The notes beneath the pieces are model-generated. The model saw nothing but the letters and a program-made list of their open reading frames with translations, searched no databases and was not told where the DNA came from. A DNA stretch of 64,000 nucleotides from NCBI RefSeq assembly GCF_009914755.1, contig NC_060947.1. One strand, 5' to 3'. The DNA comes from the human T2T-CHM13v2.0 reference genome, Homo sapiens. Positions 57,683-64,000 of this stretch are shown piece by piece; within the stretch, counting starts at the first letter, position 1, and each line of letters starts with the position of its first letter. The translations under genes and the position numbers were made by a program.

Positions 57683-59968
57683 TGATATGGTTTGGCTGTG
57701 TCCCCACACAAATCTCATCTTGAATTGTAGCACCTATAATTTCCATGTATTATTGGAGGGACCCAGTGGAATATAATTGAATCATGCTGTTCTCATGGTA
57801 GTGAATAAGTCTCATGAGATCTGATGGTTTTAAAAGAGATTTCCCCTTCCACTTGGCCCTCATTCTCTCTTGCCTGCTACCATGTAAAACATGGCTTTGC
57901 TTCTCCTTTTCCTTCTGTCATGATTGAGAGGCCTCCCCAGCCATGTGGAACTGTGAAGTCCATTAAAACTTTTTCTTTTATAAGTTTCCTAGTCTTGGGT
58001 GTGTCTTTATTAGTAGCATGGGAACAGACTAATACAGTAATTTGGTACCAGTAGAGTGGGATGCTGCTGTAAAGATACCCAAAAATGTGGAAGCGACTTT
58101 GGAACTGGATAACGGGCAGAGATTGGAACAATTTGGAGGGCTCAGAAGAAGACAGGAAAATGTGGGAAAGTTTGGAACTTCCTAGATACTTGTTAAATGG
58201 CTTTGACCAAAATGCTAATGATATGGACAATGAAATCCAGGCTTGGGTGGTCTCAGATGGAGATGAGGAACTTGTTGGGAACTGGAATAAAGGTGACTCT
58301 TGCTATGTTTTAGCAAAGAGATTGGCAGCATTTTGGCCCTGCCCTAAAGATTTGTGGAACTTTGAACTTGAGGGGGATAATTTAGGGTAGCTGACAGAAA
58401 AAGTTTCTATGCAGCAAAGCATTCAAGAGGTGACTTTGGTGCTGTTAAAAGCATTCAGTTTTAAAAGGGACACATAGCTTAAAAGTTTGGACATTTTGCA
58501 GCTTGATGATGTGATAGAAAAGAACAACTCGTTTTCTAACAAGAAGTTCAAGCTGGCTGCAGAAATTTGCATAAGTAATGAGGAGCCAAATGTTAATCTC
58601 CAAGACAATGGGGAAAATGTCTTCAGGGCATGTCAGAGACCTTCTAGGCAGCCCCTGCCATCACAGGCCCAGAGGCCTAGGAGGAAAAAATAATTTCCTG
58701 GGCTGGGCCCAGGGTCCCTGTGCTGTGTGCAGCCTAGGGACTTAGTGTCCCGCATCCCAGCCACTCCAACTGTGGCTAAAAGGGGCCAAGATACAGCTTG
58801 GATTGTGTATTCAGAGGGTGCAAGCCCCAAGCCTTGGCAGCTTCGTGATGTTGAGCCTGCTGGAGCACAGAAATCAATAAGTAAGGTTGGGGAACCTCTG
58901 CCTAGATTTCAGAGGATGTATGAAAACGCCTGGATGTCCAGGCAGAAATTTGCTGTAGGGGCAGGATCCTTACGGAGAACCTCTGCTATGGCAATGCAGA
59001 AGGTAAACGTGGGGTTGAAGTCCCCACACAAAGTACCCACTGGGGCACTGCCTAGTGGAGCTGTGAGAAGAGGGCCACCGTCCTCCAGACCCCAGAATGG
59101 TAGATCCACTGACAGCTTGCACTGTGTGCCTGGAAAAGCTGCAGACAGTCAATGCCAGCCCATGAAAGCAGCCAGGAGGGAGGCTGGATGCTGCAAAGCC
59201 ACAGGAGCGGAACTGCTCAAGACCATGGGAACCCACCTCTTGAATCAGCATTGCATAAATGTGAGACATGGAATCAAAGGAGATAATTTTGGAGCTTTAA
59301 GATTTGACTGCCCTGCTGGATTTCAGACTTGCAAGGGGCATGTAGCTCCTATGTTTTGGCTAATTCCTCCCATTTGGAATGGCTGTATTTACCCAATGCC
59401 TGTACCCCCAGTGTATCTAGGAAGTAACTAACTTGCTTTTGATTTTACAGGCTCATAGGTGAAAGGGACTTGCCTTATCTCAGATGAGACTTTGGACTGT
59501 GAACTTTTGAGTTGATGCTGAAATGAGTTAAGACTTTGGGGAACTGTCGGGAAGGCATGGTTGGTTTTGAAATGTGAGGACATGAGATTTGGGAGGGGCC
59601 AGGGGCAGAATGATATGGTTTGGCTCAGTCCCCACCCAAATCTCATCTTAAATTGTAACTCCCACAATTCCCATGTGTTGTGGGAGGAACCTGGTGGGAG
59701 TTAATTGAATCATGGGGGTGGGTTTTTCCTGTGCTGTTCTTGTGATGGTGAATAAGCCTCATGAGATCTGATGACTTTAAAAAAGGGAGTTTGCCTGCAC
59801 AAGCTCTTTTCTCTTGTCTTCCCCCATGTGAGACGTGCTTTTCACCTTCTGCCATGATTGTGAGGCCTCCCCAGCCAGGTGAAATTGTAAGTCCAATAAA
59901 CTCTTTCTTTTGTAAATTGCCCAGTCTTGGGTATATCTTTATCAGCAGCATGAAAACAGATTAATACA
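57683..59968 (+). mobile_element. THE1 MaLR element: 5' LTR 57683-58036, internal 58037-59610, 3' LTR 59611-59968
   Basis: Both LTRs run tgatatggtttgg...aataca; polypurine tract before the 3' LTR; broken gag-like frame (GNWNKGDSCYVLAKRLAAF). Confidence 0.95.
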
Positions 59969-60371
59969 AGGGTTGAACTAGTGATTTTAAAGGTCTCTTA
60001 GAACCCTAATTTTTTTGGCTTCTAGGAGAGTAATTCCCAACACCAATAGTACTTGAGCAGTTTTCCTGCAGACCGGAACTGTCCTTTACTCTCTAGCAAG
60101 CTTTTTGAAAAATTCAAAAAGAGAGGGTATTTATAACCTCTTCTTTACCATTTCTAAATCATCAGTTCAACATTTTGATAAGTCAACATTTATTGAGAAA
60201 TTTTAAAATTGTCCAGATATTCCAATGTTGATGCTATACCTTAATATATTAGCAAAGGGTGAACTTCATATCTTTTTTAACTGACCACTTATTTTATGGG
60301 AATATTGATTTGGGTTGTTTGATAAAAATGTGAGTGGTCTCATCCTACAGAAGCAGATATCAAGTGTTATT

Positions 60372-60671
<300 letters not shown>

Positions 60672-61479
60672 CATGTGTTATTTTCCTAAAAATGAGTTCA
60701 ACCTGAACTTTTATAAGTTTTTTTTTTTGTAAACTGGATATACATAACAATCCTTATTAAAAAGTGCACTGAGAAATTAGCACTGACTTTAAAGAGTTGA
60801 AGGATTGTCACGTAAATAAGGTTTACATTAACTCTTGGAGCTCCAGAAGATAGAACTATGAACAGGAGTTGAAGTGCAAAGAGATGAGCCTGCTGGATTT
60901 TGCCTTACATATGTATGATTGTCACTAAAAAATAGGTATCTCTGGCATGAGTGCCAGTAAGTTTAAATAATTAACTAATGCATCATATCCCAAGTGCTTT
61001 CTGTTAATTTTATGTCACCACCCTCAGATCAAAACGTGTAGACTGAGAGTGTGACTCAATTATTTCATAACTAAGAAACACTTAATCTGATCCTAATTAG
61101 TCATCTCTAAACTGGGACTTCACCCTAGCTTTTTAGCCTTGGATGACAAGTTAAAAAGTCACACAGAGAAGATATTTACATTGGCATTTTGATGACCATG
61201 GAAAATAAATGATCTCATTAATAATGTAGATCTTTTTTTCCCCCAGGGCAGTTTTCAAGTATAGAAAGTATTCTATTTTTTTATGAATTAAGGTTAAAGG
61301 GAAGATTCTGACATAGAAAAGAAGAAATTTCTTTCTGAGCCTCTTTAATGAAAAACTAGCAAACTCTTTCTAGACTTTCTTTTTAAAAACAGCCTCTTGA
61401 CTCATGAGAAACTGAAGCAAATTATCACTTATTACATGCTCACTTTGTAAAAGATGCGGTAGTAGGAGCTGCTCGTTTT

Positions 61480-61620
61480 AACCTCTCAACAATCCTCTAA
61501 TATTCATATATTTCTATTGTATTGGTGAAGAAACAGGGTTACAGCAAGAACTAATTTGCCTAAGATTACACAGCTGGTAAATGGTAATGTGAACCGGGTA
61601 TTTCTTACTTCATTCCCTTG
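61480..61620 (-). mobile_element. MIR fragment
   Basis: gaagaaacagggtt...taatttgcctaagattacacagctggtaaatgg. Confidence 0.65.
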
Positions 61621-62149
61621 TTCTTGTCATTGTCTAAGTTTTCCTGAGACTGATTTCCATTGTTTCATAAAGTATTTTCCCGTGTTATTTTCCATTTTAG
61701 TGCTAAGGTATTTAGATATTTGACTTCCCAGGTCCTATTTTCCTTGGAATAGGTATCAATCTCCAGTCAGAGCTAATAGTAGTAACCTCAAGAATTATAC
61801 ATTAGGGGGCTTCTGCTACTCAGCAAACATATAGAAAGCAACCAGAAAATCTGTGTTTCTAATTCTTAAACAGTTGGTATGTATTAAGGTACATATATAT
61901 CAAAAAGGTAGTATTAATTAGTACTTTGGAACATAGGTACAAGTTAAATATGTATGCACAATGGTATACAGTAAGGTACTGTTTATGATAGCAAAATTTT
62001 GAAAATAAATATTCAATGATGAATTTAAATTATACTACATAATTATGAGAAAGAATTCAGTCATTAAAATTCAGTCATTAAAATAAGATCTGTTACTTAT
62101 TGACATAAATTTTCATGTTGTTAAATTTTTGAAGCTTTCAAAAGAATAT

Positions 62150-64000
<1,851 letters not shown>

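Overview
This is AT-rich primate (very probably human) nuclear DNA, intronic or intergenic. It has no CpG island and no protein-coding exon I can recognise. Much of it is interspersed repeat: L1 of many ages, Alu J/S/Y, L2, MIR, MaLR/ERV LTRs and hAT/TcMar DNA transposons. The longer listed ORFs I checked are mostly repeat-derived or appear to be chance open frames. The notable structures are mechanistic fossils read directly from the sequence: (1) a complete U6 snRNA/L1 chimeric retrocopy with target-site duplications (TSDs) and a possible mini 3' transduction (47688-48581); (2) a multi-step templated insertion that copied a neighbouring Alu arm plus its unique flank and a 17-bp inverted segment (40828-41100); (3) a THE1 'provirus' whose LTRs, TSDs and flanks do not match, suggesting a recombination junction between two elements (57683-59968); (4) two old 5'-inverted (twin-primed) L1s. 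A few weak cryptic-exon candidates lie in repeat-poor islands. I found no evidence of a new gene system. Repeat subfamily names come from my recall of consensus sequences and need RepeatMasker/Dfam confirmation. Boundaries without a stated TSD are approximate.
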